64,000 nt of DNA from Oligoflexales bacterium. Lineage in GTDB: Bacteria; Bdellovibrionota_B; Oligoflexia; Oligoflexales; Bog-1112. The translations under genes were made by a program, and so were the position numbers. The stretch covers positions 14,816-78,815 of the forward strand of contig JBGCDR010000036.1 in assembly GCA_045105515.1 (NCBI GenBank), given 5' to 3'. Below the pieces are notes generated by a model. That model made no database searches, had not been told where the DNA came from, and saw only the letters and a list, made by a program, of their open reading frames with translations. Of the stretch, positions 28,779 through 38,823 are shown piece after piece (the first letter of the stretch is position 1; every line of letters begins with the position of its first letter).

Positions 28779-30134
28779 CTATGTAATTTTCCAATAAAGA
28801 ATTTGGTAGGAACGTTTTACTTCTCGTTTCTCTACGTCTGCCCCTTTTACTCCATTATCTATACGCCTAATGATAGCAGAAATTTTCTTTCGTTGATGCC
28901 CGGTCAAAGCATCGACAGTAATGTTGAACACGTCTGACCTCACTTCAAACCATTCTTCTTTTTTGATACTGTGTCCCTCGTCATCTCCGCTATAACAGTA
29001 TAAATCTTCGATCTTTGCTTTAATTTCCTTGTTGCTAGATGCTAAATTGCCACCTTCTCCATTGAATTTGTGTATTTTCTGAACAGATTTTTCTCTACAA
29101 ACTTCGTCCCTTGATTGTGGTATCAAGCAGGCAATAAGTTCCGAGGAGGCCGTGTTAATATTAATTCCTGCAACTGAAACTTTTTTACCCCCTTGTAGGT
29201 TCTTTTTTGGTTTGAAGGGGTAGATGGTCAAATAGGGAGCAAAAACAGCATGAATTTGATCGTCCCAGCCTTTAACCATGTTTAACTCACTAATTGAATC
29301 AAATGGAAGTCTCTTCGCCTTATAGGGTGGGTTTAGTTCTTGATAAGGGTCATCTTTTGAGCCCAAATTGCTATCCTCTGATACCTGTTCATCGCTCGAA
29401 ATGTAATCCCGGATACGGAAGGCAAGCTCTCTAGGCGAAAGGTTTTTACTTTCCAAAAACTGCTTTTCGGCAGGGCATGCAAAAAGTGCCTCCAACTGAG
29501 CGATGACTGCAGGGCAAGCTCGGGCAGCATCAGCTGAGCCAACGCAATCACTAATATTGATTTTGCTGCTTTCATCAGAAATTTTTACCGAAAACTGATC
29601 TTCAAATAGCTTCATTTGAGCTGCAACTTTTTCATTAAGGATGCCCTTCAGTCCGAAGGGATCTTCGTCACTTTCGGAGTTTAGTAGAGGTTGCACGAAA
29701 TTTAGGACCTCTGCTCCTAAGGGAGGCCACTGATTGAAAATAGTCCATAAGCTAGCAGGACCATCGGTTGGTTCTTGTTTTACTCCTAAGGCACCACTTG
29801 CTTGCACATGGTCCCAAAGGTAGCTTGCAGAAAGTAAATATAATCCCAAATTTATTCCTGACTTTCCCAAGTACTCTGTCTTTATACGATCACGGGTCAT
29901 GATGGCTAATTCCACATTAACCGTTGATGAAACTATCATCTCGCTAACAAAAGTAATCATCACAGCAATACTCATAATGGCAATGAGCAAAGAAATTCCT
30001 CTTTGCTTAGCCTCTTTATCTTGGTATCCCGTATTATTACTTGAACCGCATCTCAGATCTTTTGGAGTATGGAGCTTATAAACCAGCTCAGAAAGCCAAT
30101 TTATCATATGCTTAAACTGCTCTAGTACCTTCAT
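28779..30134 (-). CDS. gspK: Minor pseudopilin GspK
   Basis: QRG|ISLLIAI (no Glu5), ISDESSKINI, SISELNMVKG and ININTAS. Confidence 0.85.
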   Translation of the reverse strand: MKVLEQFKHMINWLSELVYKLHTPKDLRCGSSNNTGYQDKEAKQRGISLLIAIMSIAVMITFVSEMIVSSTVNVELAIMTRDRIKTEYLGKSGINLGLYLLSASYLWDHVQASGALGVKQEPTDGPASLWTIFNQWPPLGAEVLNFVQPLLNSESDEDPFGLKGILNEKVAAQMKLFEDQFSVKISDESSKINISDCVGSADAARACPAVIAQLEALFACPAEKQFLESKNLSPRELAFRIRDYISSDEQVSEDSNLGSKDDPYQELNPPYKAKRLPFDSISELNMVKGWDDQIHAVFAPYLTIYPFKPKKNLQGGKKVSVAGININTASSELIACLIPQSRDEVCREKSVQKIHKFNGEGGNLASSNKEIKAKIEDLYCYSGDDEGHSIKKEEWFEVRSDVFNITVDALTGHQRKKISAIIRRIDNGVKGADVEKREVKRSYQILYWKIT

Positions 30135-30143
30135 GACAGGGCC

Positions 30144-30902
30144 TTATAATTTCCAGTTAAATGAGCTGTTTCTAGTCTTTAGTTCGTTAAAATCGAGAGC
30201 ATAAGGTAAATGAATTATGGTGCTATAGCGGACCAAGTCTTCTTCTGTCTCGTCGGGTTCAATCCCTTCAATGGGTTCCTCAACCCACGCTGTTATCTTA
30301 ATTAAAACCATGTGGGGAAGAATTTTTTCTGTATCACCTCGCCCAGAGTCCCAACCATTTTTCGACCAATCATCACCATTCCAGGGTAAGATTTCTAAGC
30401 TTTCAATATTTTTTACAAAAACGCGCATTGGGGGGTCTTCGCGAAAGCGAAAGTCTTTTTCGGGAACTCTCAGCAGTTCGCCTCGATAGAGGTCTTTCCT
30501 ATGAGGAAACTTGGAAGAAGATCTTAGTTCATAAACCACATAGCTCATGTCTGACTCTGGGCTATTTGCCTTGATAGCTTCATGACCCATGTAAGTCATG
30601 GCGAGGCGATCTCCCTTTGAGCTTTTTTTGATAGAAAAATGGGTACGGCTGACACCGTCTGTACGGTGAACTTGCCATCTGGGGTGGAGAAGAAAAGCAT
30701 GTCCTAGATCATAGCCTATTTTCTGCATGGCGCGGTTTGCTCGGTTTGTAACCTTATTTTTTTGAGAGAGAGCTAATTTCACATCGAAAGTGTTACGCAT
30801 TAGGTTTGAAATAGCAAAAATTACCGTCACTAGGATTGCTAGTGTTATCACGACCTCAAGAAGGCTAAATGCTTGTTCTTTTTTTTTAAAGCTTGAGCTC
30901 AT
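30144..30902 (-). CDS. gspJ: Minor pseudopilin GspJ
   Basis: QA|FSLLEVVITLAIL prepilin motif and LPHMVLIKI; gene order. Confidence 0.8.
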   Translation of the reverse strand: MSSSFKKKEQAFSLLEVVITLAILVTVIFAISNLMRNTFDVKLALSQKNKVTNRANRAMQKIGYDLGHAFLLHPRWQVHRTDGVSRTHFSIKKSSKGDRLAMTYMGHEAIKANSPESDMSYVVYELRSSSKFPHRKDLYRGELLRVPEKDFRFREDPPMRVFVKNIESLEILPWNGDDWSKNGWDSGRGDTEKILPHMVLIKITAWVEEPIEGIEPDETEEDLVRYSTIIHLPYALDFNELKTRNSSFNWKL

Positions 30903-30944
30903 AAAGATCCAGTTACCAATATAATAGATTCAAAGTTGTTTTCG

Positions 30945-31682
30945 TTATGGTCTCGGTGGAGTAGTATTCCCAGGAGTATTCCCGGGAGTATTCCCAGGAG
31001 TATTCCCAGGAGTATTCCCGGGAGTATTCCCAGGAGTATTCCCAGGAGTATTCCCAGGAGGTTTTGCTTCCGGCTCCGTTGCCAATGGTTTTTGAATAAA
31101 AATCTGTTCATCCAATTGTTTTTGGTTTGCTATCAGGTAGGCAAGTTCGACACTATTGCGCCTACTACCTTCTGACCAGTGAACTTCCACGTATGCAACC
31201 TTTAATAGTTCTTCTCCGAGAAAATTCTTAATTGCTGATTCAATGGTGGAGCCAAGCCCACTTTCATCTCCGCCATCTTCACTCCCCCCGCCAATTTGTC
31301 CAGCTATGAGACTGACGAGAGGAAGCGGAAATTCTTCAATTTTCAGGTCATATTTAAAGGGACATTCACCGTATTTTGGGTCTTTGGGGCATAATTCTTC
31401 ACTAAATTCGATTTCTTTTTTATCAAATTTGATATCCTTGAAATCATAATAAGATGAATACCACTCAACCTTGGACATAACAGCTTGAGCTAGCCAGCTT
31501 GCCTGGGACGAATATCGATTATACTCGCCAAAATTAATGCTTTTACCCTGTATAGAGCTGACCTCTAAGATTACAGTCACCATCAGACCCAAGGCAATAA
31601 CGGTCTCAAGCAGGGTAAAACTTGCTTCCTGTCCGCGCTTAATTCTCTTTTCCAACTCATCTGACTTTTTAGAATGCATCAT
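30945..31682 (-). CDS. gspI: Minor pseudopilin GspI with a (PGNT)8 tail
   Basis: EAS|FTLLETVIALG, ASWLAQ and VEVHWSEG; gene order. Confidence 0.75.
   Translation of the reverse strand: MMHSKKSDELEKRIKRGQEASFTLLETVIALGLMVTVILEVSSIQGKSINFGEYNRYSSQASWLAQAVMSKVEWYSSYYDFKDIKFDKKEIEFSEELCPKDPKYGECPFKYDLKIEEFPLPLVSLIAGQIGGGSEDGGDESGLGSTIESAIKNFLGEELLKVAYVEVHWSEGSRRNSVELAYLIANQKQLDEQIFIQKPLATEPEAKPPGNTPGNTPGNTPGNTPGNTPGNTPGNTPGNTTPPRP
30963..31058. repeat. In-frame 12-bp tandem repeat, 8 copies
   Basis: AGTATTCCC(A/G)GG x8 on the + strand with variant order A,G,A,A,G,A,A,A; encodes PGNT x8 in GspI. Confidence 0.97.
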
Positions 31683-32469
31683 CTTTTTCACTAAAAATAT
31701 CGATCTCTTCGAAGCCAACCCTGACCTCGGCATAACCATCGTATGGGTGAACTAGGATGGTGTATGGGGTTTGATCCGGGTCCACCTCGCCCTTGTCCTT
31801 TTGATAGAATACATGGAGAACTGTTTTTTCTACGAATCCCTGCGGAAGAAAATAAATCATGCCTACTACCCCTGGTCCATCTTCAACATTCACTGGCTGC
31901 TGATGGTGGGTGGTCTGCAAGTCTCTAACCATTAGGAATGGCCCAATTCTACGGCCGGACCATTCCAGGCTATCCAATTTTTGCCAAATTGGTCCTTTTA
32001 GTACATCTTTTGCCTTAATGACTGGAGAGACGACCACAATCTCTTCTTCGTCATCAGACTCAGGGTTTGGAACCGCTTCTCCTACTATGTCCTCATAGCG
32101 CTGGAAGTCTTCGTCAAAAAAAGCTAGGCGTTGTTGCTCGTCTTCAGGTAAAGGATCAGAGCTAATGGCCTCATTGCCAAGCTTGACTTTCTGCACTGCT
32201 GAGTTGTCACTGATAGTTTCTATCCAGTATTCACCATCATAGAGTTTGAAAACCAACCTAAGGGGCTTGCCCGTTAGAATGGAATAGTCATAAGCTGAAC
32301 GAATATCCTCAGCAAACTGCCCAAGTTTACTTGCTACTTCGTTGCCAGTCTTGAGGTTGAAATTTGGGATAGCAACTGCATAGACAAATGCAACCAAGCC
32401 GATCACGATTATGACCTCGAGGAGGGTAAAGCCCTTTGCTTTATTTCTAGGGAGTTCAAGCGGGTTCAT
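31669..32469 (-). CDS. gspH: Minor pseudopilin GspH
   Basis: KG|FTLLEVIIVIGL and IYFLPQG; follows gspG. Confidence 0.8.
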   Translation of the reverse strand: MNPLELPRNKAKGFTLLEVIIVIGLVAFVYAVAIPNFNLKTGNEVASKLGQFAEDIRSAYDYSILTGKPLRLVFKLYDGEYWIETISDNSAVQKVKLGNEAISSDPLPEDEQQRLAFFDEDFQRYEDIVGEAVPNPESDDEEEIVVVSPVIKAKDVLKGPIWQKLDSLEWSGRRIGPFLMVRDLQTTHHQQPVNVEDGPGVVGMIYFLPQGFVEKTVLHVFYQKDKGEVDPDQTPYTILVHPYDGYAEVRVGFEEIDIFSEKDDAF

Positions 32470-32580
32470 CTCTTTCTCCGGATGAAGCAAGGCCCTATCA
32501 ACTGCTTATATACCATCGTATGCTAGGATGAGGACTTAACAGATCGGCTCAAGCTAACTCCAATAAAGGGTGTAAGTAAG

Positions 32581-33063
32581 CTACGTTTGTTCCTCAGTTT
32601 CCCTTTCCGGGTAGTGGATATCCATTTCTGTACCAAAGTTGCTGTCTGCTCCAGCTGAGATGATCTCATATTTTCGTCCATCAGAGGTATAGTCATAAGC
32701 GTTCCCCCAGGGATCTTTTAATTTTTCTTTTTCAATATAAGGGCCACGCCATCTTTTACTTTCACCTGGATCGCTGATGAGTGAGTCGAGGCCTTGGGCG
32801 GTGGTTGGGTATTTATTATTGTGTACCCTGTAGAGCTGAAGCGCTTGAGCAATTCCACCCATGGCTATGCGTGCTTGGTCTTCTTTCGCTTTCTCAGAAG
32901 TATCTGAGAGATTGGTCACAAGAATGGTCATAAGAGTCCCTAAGAGCGCGATCACAATAATGATCTCAATTAGGGTCATTCCTTTTTGACTGTTCTCTTC
33001 TGCACCTTGTGGCCCTATAGCTAGGTGCTTTGCTTTTCTCCAGTAACTTACAAAGATTGACAT
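32581..33063 (-). CDS. gspG: Major pseudopilin GspG
   Basis: QKG|MTLIEIIIVIAL, YPTTAQGL, WRGPY, DPWGNAY and SAGAD. Confidence 0.93.
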   Translation of the reverse strand: MSIFVSYWRKAKHLAIGPQGAEENSQKGMTLIEIIIVIALLGTLMTILVTNLSDTSEKAKEDQARIAMGGIAQALQLYRVHNNKYPTTAQGLDSLISDPGESKRWRGPYIEKEKLKDPWGNAYDYTSDGRKYEIISAGADSNFGTEMDIHYPERETEEQT

Positions 33064-33111
33064 GTAATTCTCCACTTTCCCCAAGATAGATTTAACATTT
33101 CGTCACTATTA

Positions 33112-34347
33112 TTAGCGCACTTGATTCATAACTGAAAGCATAGGAATGAGTAAAGCCATCACAACACCTACAACAATGACGCCCATGACTATAATCATCA
33201 AAGGTTCGATGAGAGAAATCAAAGAATCGATCTTCCTCTCAACTTCAGCGTCATAGGCATCGGCAACATGGCGAAGCATTTGCTCTAGTTCCCCAGTTCT
33301 TTCTCCGGTCCGAATCATGTAGGTAACAAGGGCAGGGAAACGTTTACTACGATCTATTGGGACCCAAAGAGCTTCACCCTCTTGAACCGATATTTTAGAT
33401 TCCTCTAGCACATTGGCAATTAGAGAATTATTAATAATGTTTTTAGTGATTTCTAATGCTGCAATAATTGGCACACCGCTGCTAAGCAGGGTTGACAAAG
33501 TCTTTGTAAATTTAGAAACGTTTACTCGGAGAACTACATCGCCAATAATTGGGGCCTGCAAAGACAAACGGTCTGCAATTCTTCTACCTTTTTCGGTTTT
33601 GTACCAAGAAACTAATAAGAAGTAGCAAACACCAATACCAATTAAGACAAGGATCCACTGATTCTGAAGAAACTTAGAAAAATCCATTAACAGTTTAGTA
33701 AAGGGCGGCAAAGTCACACGCAGACTGATAAACACTTTTTCCAGTTTGGGAACCACACTGATGAAAAGATAACCTATAATACTGAGTGATGCCGTGATCA
33801 TTAGAGCTGGATATGTGAGAGCACTAAAAATCTTCCCGCGAATAGCCACCTGATATTCCAAAAAATCTGCAAGCCTCTCTAAAACCAAGCCAAGATTGCC
33901 TGAAGATTCACCGGCTTTTACCATATTGATATAAAGTCTGTTGAAAACCCTTGGGTAGCCATTTACATGCATAGCTTCAGCCAGAGACTTCCCTTCGGAA
34001 ACAGAACCTTTGACGGCTGAAAGAGTATTACTAAGTAAGCGGTTTTCTACTTGGTTAGTGAGGGCAACGAGACACTCATCTAGGGGAACATGGGCTTTCT
34101 GCAGTGTAGCAAACTGTCTGGTCATAATTGAGAGTTCGGGTAGAGTAACTTTTTCTTGCCGAAGCGAGAAACCGCCACTCGAATTATCACCTTTCTTGAG
34201 GGCTACCTCTTCTTTGATCTCAGAGGCTATGACTTTGTCTTTTGATCTTAGCTTCTGTCTAGCAGCACGCAGAGAGTCGGCTTCGATCTTCCCCTTGCGG
34301 TTTGCGCCTGAGGTTATGTCATACCCTTTATAGAGGTATATAGGCAA
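33112..34347 (-). CDS. gspF: T2SS inner-membrane platform protein GspF
   Basis: TRQFATL, MVKAGESSGNL, ALTYP, GERTGEL and LIEP. TTG 34347 follows AGGAG. Confidence 0.93.
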   Translation of the reverse strand: MPIYLYKGYDITSGANRKGKIEADSLRAARQKLRSKDKVIASEIKEEVALKKGDNSSGGFSLRQEKVTLPELSIMTRQFATLQKAHVPLDECLVALTNQVENRLLSNTLSAVKGSVSEGKSLAEAMHVNGYPRVFNRLYINMVKAGESSGNLGLVLERLADFLEYQVAIRGKIFSALTYPALMITASLSIIGYLFISVVPKLEKVFISLRVTLPPFTKLLMDFSKFLQNQWILVLIGIGVCYFLLVSWYKTEKGRRIADRLSLQAPIIGDVVLRVNVSKFTKTLSTLLSSGVPIIAALEITKNIINNSLIANVLEESKISVQEGEALWVPIDRSKRFPALVTYMIRTGERTGELEQMLRHVADAYDAEVERKIDSLISLIEPLMIIVMGVIVVGVVMALLIPMLSVMNQVR

Positions 34348-34377
34348 TGAAGACTCCTGCACTAAAACTAAACCAAG

Positions 34378-36204
34378 TTATAACTCGCCTATCTCTATAT
34401 CCTCAGTTTGGGTTTTTTGTATCGCTTCTTCGATAGATGTGATGCCGTCTAAAACTTTGGAAACAGCTGATTGACGGAGGGTTTTCATTCCATTTTCAAC
34501 CGCTTGCTTGCGAATCACGTTTGCATCCTGAGTTTTTAGGATTAATTCTTTAAGTTTTTCATCCATAACCAAAAGCTCGTGAATTCCTGCTCGATCTTTG
34601 TAGCCTTGGCTATGACATTGGTCACAACCTTTACCTGCCTTGAAAATCTCCTGACCAACAATGTCTTCAGGGCCCAATTCCATAAGCTTCAACTCACGTT
34701 CACTTGGTTCATGCTTAACCCGGCAGTGAACACATAAACGTCTTATTAAGCGAGTTGCCATTACTCCCAAAACTGCTGAGGCAATCTGAAATGGCTGAAT
34801 ATTCAGATCGTCGAGTCTAGTGATGGTAGAGGCAGCATCGTTGGTATGCAAGGTTGAAAAAACCAAGTGACCAGTTAATGAAGACTGGACTGCAATATTC
34901 GCCGTTTCCTCATCCCTAATCTCACCTATCATTATAACATCTGGGTCCTGGCGAAGAATAGCCCGCAGCCCTTCACTAAAGGTCAGGCCAATTTTTGACT
35001 TGACATCGATTTGGCCAATACCTGGGAGCCTGTATTCCACCGGGTCTTCAATGGTTAGGATATTGATATCGGTGGTATTAATGTGAGTAATCGAAGAATA
35101 AAGCAAAGTGGTCTTACCGGAGCCGGTAGGACCAGTCACCAGAATAATTCCATGTTTTTGGGCGATTAAGTTCGTCCATGAACGATATATTTCAGGATGC
35201 AAGCCCATTTGGTCAAGTCTTTTAACTCCTGCAGATTTGTCCAGGATACGCATGACCACTCGTTCACCAAGTGCAGTTGGAAGAACAGAAAGACGTACAT
35301 CAGCATCTTTGCCCGCAACTTTTATACTGATTCGGCCATCTTGAGGGACTCTTTTTTCTGCAATATTTAGCTTACCGATGATCTTGATTCTGGAGACCAC
35401 TGAGCCTAGGTGGCGTTTATTGAGCTGCATGGTGTCATGCAGGGTTCCATCAATTCGAAAGCGAACCACGATTTCTGTTTCATAAGGTTCTATATGGATA
35501 TCTGAAGCCCGCTCTTTAACTGCACGGGATAGAAGGCCATTGACTAGGCGAATGATGGGTTTCTCATCATCTGAGGACTCCAGCAGGTCTCTGGTTTCCT
35601 CTAAGTCATCTTCATCACCGGTTCCGATTTCAGGAACATTTAATTCATCGATGACTTTTTGGGATGCGTCGTTTGAACGTTCGTAAACCCTATTGATGGA
35701 ATGGTTTATGACAGATGGCGAGCATACTATCATATTGATATTTGTTGATAAAATGAGCCGCAGATCATCCATAGGAAAAATATTCAAAGGGTCTGCAACC
35801 GCGACTGTGACATTAAAATCATCCCTAGCAATTGGCAGAATTAAGTTATCGCGTGCAAATTGAATTGGAATGTTGTCGACCAATGAAGGGTCGATATCAT
35901 TAATGGGGAGTTTTTCGTAATAAGGTAAATCGAGCTGGTAGGCAAGAGCCTTGAGCATATCTTCTTCACTGATGTATGCTTTATCAACAAGGATCTCACC
36001 AAGCTTACGTTTTTCAGCTCCCTCTCCTTGAAAACTGAGCGCTTCTTTTAGCTGATCTTCAGTAAGAGCAGAGGATTCAATCAGAATCTCACCTAGAGAC
36101 TTTCGTTTTGTTTTACGAAAAGTCGCGGAGGGGAGTTCATGCCATTTTGTCTTCTCAGGAGGGGTGTTTATATCCCGCGCCAATGGATCGTTTGGGTCAC
36201 TCAT
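34378..36204 (-). CDS. gspE: T2SS ATPase GspE with an N-terminal MshEN-like domain
   Basis: LGEIL repeats, ASDIHIEP, GPTGSGKT, TIEDPVE, LRQDPD, TGHLVFSTLH and Zn CxxC pairs. Confidence 0.95.
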   Translation of the reverse strand: MSDPNDPLARDINTPPEKTKWHELPSATFRKTKRKSLGEILIESSALTEDQLKEALSFQGEGAEKRKLGEILVDKAYISEEDMLKALAYQLDLPYYEKLPINDIDPSLVDNIPIQFARDNLILPIARDDFNVTVAVADPLNIFPMDDLRLILSTNINMIVCSPSVINHSINRVYERSNDASQKVIDELNVPEIGTGDEDDLEETRDLLESSDDEKPIIRLVNGLLSRAVKERASDIHIEPYETEIVVRFRIDGTLHDTMQLNKRHLGSVVSRIKIIGKLNIAEKRVPQDGRISIKVAGKDADVRLSVLPTALGERVVMRILDKSAGVKRLDQMGLHPEIYRSWTNLIAQKHGIILVTGPTGSGKTTLLYSSITHINTTDINILTIEDPVEYRLPGIGQIDVKSKIGLTFSEGLRAILRQDPDVIMIGEIRDEETANIAVQSSLTGHLVFSTLHTNDAASTITRLDDLNIQPFQIASAVLGVMATRLIRRLCVHCRVKHEPSERELKLMELGPEDIVGQEIFKAGKGCDQCHSQGYKDRAGIHELLVMDEKLKELILKTQDANVIRKQAVENGMKTLRQSAVSKVLDGITSIEEAIQKTQTEDIEIGEL

Positions 36205-38572
36205 TCAATTCCTCGCCAGGTTGTGAATCATCTAGACCATTAGATGCCTTTGATGGGGGAGGTGGTGATGCTGGCCCATCAAAACCTCCGTCATCTCCTC
36301 CTCCTGCTGGGATAGGGACCGTTGCTTCTACATCTTTTTTGACAGGAGCTGGGGCCTGTTCACTAGAACTCCCCATTCCTTCATAGCCTATAGCTTTATA
36401 AACTCCTTGGCGCTGATTTTCACGGAGTTTCTCCTCTGCTTCGTCCACAGTAGTTGGTTTATAAGCGCCGTCTTCAGGACGAGGAAGTGCTTTGTAGAAG
36501 TCTGATTCTTGATAACCAGAACCATAAATATCCTCCATAAACCCATCTCGTTCCTTAATTTTAGATTGATAAATGGATGCCAAGTCATTGGCTCCATGCA
36601 CAATATGGGGGGTAAGGAAAATTACTAGATTGCTTTTCTGGGAGTATGTGGTTGAGTTTCTAAATAGCCATCCTAAGATTGGAATATCCCCTAAAAGAGG
36701 AATCTTTTTATATGATTCAAATTCTCTATTTTCGACAAGGCCAGAAACTACAATGGTTTGCCCGTTTTTGACAGTGACGATCTGCTTAGTCTTACGTTTG
36801 CTTACCATGGGCAGTCCTTCATCGGATAGGCCCTTCAAAGAATTAGACTCTAAAGTTAGGTCTATAGTCACATAGTTGGAATGACTGATATTTGGTTTGA
36901 TATTTAAAGATAGGTCAATATCTTCTTTTTCTACCTTTGAGACTGCAGCACCAGTAGTTGGGTTTGTGGAAGATGACCTGAAAAAGACTTTTTCACCTAC
37001 GGAGATTGCAGCTTCTTCATTGTTAGAGGTGAGGATATGGGGTGAGGCCAAAACCCGGGTATTGCCATCTGACTTAAGTAGGTTTATTAGAGCGCCTGGC
37101 CTAAAATCTCCTAAACCGGGAACCTTTACAGTTTGTCCAGACAGAATCCCAATCGCCATATTATTGGAGAAGGCCTCTGCCACCTGTTGGGTATTACTAC
37201 TTGTGGGGTTATCTTGTACCTGGGAAACAATAAGAGGAGCCATGCCGCCGGCTTCCCAAGCCGTTACTGCTTTAGTTCCTTCATCGTTTGCACCACCAAA
37301 ACCACCAAAAATTGAGGTTCCGAAGTTAAAGTCGTTCCGTTCATTAATGTCGAGGATGTCAGCTTCAATAAATACTTGGCTACGCCTAACATCGAGCTTA
37401 CGGATGATTGAATTTAAAGCATCATAAGCCGATCGATTACCAGTGATTAGTAGTGAGTTAGAAGCTTCGTCTGCGGTGATTTTGACTCCATCTCCGAGAT
37501 CAGCAACGCTCGTGGTTCCAGGGGCTGCACCTTTACGAGGGGTGCGTTTGGTTGGTGGTCTTCTTAGGTTACCTCTGCTTGAGCCTGATGTTAGGGAAGA
37601 CAGGGTGCCTGCAAGTTTTTTGGCGTCAGCATAATCGAGCGGCCGTACATGTATGGAAGCTTGTGCGGTAGGATCATCAAGAGGGATGTCGAACTTTTTC
37701 ACAAGTGCTCGGATATCTTGAATGGTACGCGGTGGCCCAAAGATGATAACTGAGTTTGATCGTTCATCGATCAGAATTTTGAATGAGTGATAAGCGCTGC
37801 GAGTGCGCTTCTTGTTGGAAGAGCTTGTGCTAGACCTCAGAATTTCATTGACCTTGTCCGCAATGCTTTTAGGGTCGGAGTATTTTATGGGAACGATCAA
37901 AACTTTGGGCTGTTGAGTCTGGACATCTAACAGCTCCAATATCTCTAAGACTCTTCTGACTTTATAACCACTCTCGCTGATAATAAGTGTGTTGGTTGGT
38001 TCATAAGCTATCATTGAGTTGGTGGAAACTATGCGAGATAAGGTTGTCTGAACCTGTTTTGCATCTATGTATTTCAAGGGAATGATTTGAGTGATGATTT
38101 CGTCAGTACGAGGAGCCCAACTGGACCCAAGGTAAGTCTTCAAATTACCTTTAACCGCATTCCTGACTTTCATCACCTTAATAACTTTTCCCGTTTCGAC
38201 TGTTGTCAAGTTGAGCATATTCAAGGCTGACAGAAAGGCCTGATAGGCTTCTTCTTTGGTAACCTTTTTTGGAGAAATAATCTGCACTTTCCCTGTGACA
38301 TTGCGGTCAAGGATGACGTTCTTTCCAGTCCACAAAGCTACTGCCTTGATAATATCTTTAATATCTGTCAGCTCAGGGAAATCCATGTTCACAAGCTCAC
38401 GGCCCTCGGGAATGCTTGCTGCTCCTTTGGTTTTTACCGCAGAAGTTGGTTCATTCTGAGTTAAGTTTGGAGAGGATGACCTTGCGCTTTGCCCGAAGGC
38501 GGCACTGCTTACAAACCATAAAAATATTTGCAAGTAAAAAAATACCTTGAATCCTCTGCTAACAATTTTCAC
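36197..38572 (-). CDS. gspD: T2SS secretin GspD (long copy)
   Basis: N0-N3 domains, QVFIEADI, LASPHILT, KIPLLGDIPILGWLF and LVIFLTPHIV, with a Pro/acidic tail. GTG 38572 follows GGGGG. Confidence 0.93.
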   Translation of the reverse strand: MKIVSRGFKVFFYLQIFLWFVSSAAFGQSARSSSPNLTQNEPTSAVKTKGAASIPEGRELVNMDFPELTDIKDIIKAVALWTGKNVILDRNVTGKVQIISPKKVTKEEAYQAFLSALNMLNLTTVETGKVIKVMKVRNAVKGNLKTYLGSSWAPRTDEIITQIIPLKYIDAKQVQTTLSRIVSTNSMIAYEPTNTLIISESGYKVRRVLEILELLDVQTQQPKVLIVPIKYSDPKSIADKVNEILRSSTSSSNKKRTRSAYHSFKILIDERSNSVIIFGPPRTIQDIRALVKKFDIPLDDPTAQASIHVRPLDYADAKKLAGTLSSLTSGSSRGNLRRPPTKRTPRKGAAPGTTSVADLGDGVKITADEASNSLLITGNRSAYDALNSIIRKLDVRRSQVFIEADILDINERNDFNFGTSIFGGFGGANDEGTKAVTAWEAGGMAPLIVSQVQDNPTSSNTQQVAEAFSNNMAIGILSGQTVKVPGLGDFRPGALINLLKSDGNTRVLASPHILTSNNEEAAISVGEKVFFRSSSTNPTTGAAVSKVEKEDIDLSLNIKPNISHSNYVTIDLTLESNSLKGLSDEGLPMVSKRKTKQIVTVKNGQTIVVSGLVENREFESYKKIPLLGDIPILGWLFRNSTTYSQKSNLVIFLTPHIVHGANDLASIYQSKIKERDGFMEDIYGSGYQESDFYKALPRPEDGAYKPTTVDEAEEKLRENQRQGVYKAIGYEGMGSSSEQAPAPVKKDVEATVPIPAGGGDDGGFDGPASPPPPSKASNGLDDSQPGEELNE

Positions 38573-38823
38573 AAGTAGTTCCCCCACAGTAAATTTGGGA
38601 CTTCGTCACTAAACACAATCAACACAGCAAGTAGAAAAGTACCCGTACCATCAAAAGTGGCTGGGTTCAATGCCCAGGCAAAGCTATTTGTATCCCATGC
38701 AATTAAATGTTTCATCCTGTAAACTCATTAACTGATAACTTCCGGCTTCACTTCTTCTATTTGCTCTTGCTACTTATCCCCTTGTATAGATCCCAGTTCG
38801 GAAAAAATAGATGATTCATTAGT

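Noticed and set aside
30963..31058. Tandem repeat as a CRISPR array
   Set aside because: The 12-bp units have no spacers, lie in frame within gspI, and no cas genes are present.
30899..31175. ORFs 30899-31111 (-) and 30936-31175 (+)
   Set aside because: They are alternate-frame and antisense readings of the stop-free 12-bp repeat.
36388..38459. Antisense and alternate-frame ORFs within gspD (e.g. 36897-37427, 176 aa) and similar shadows across the window
   Set aside because: They are nested in well-supported genes and carry no motifs.
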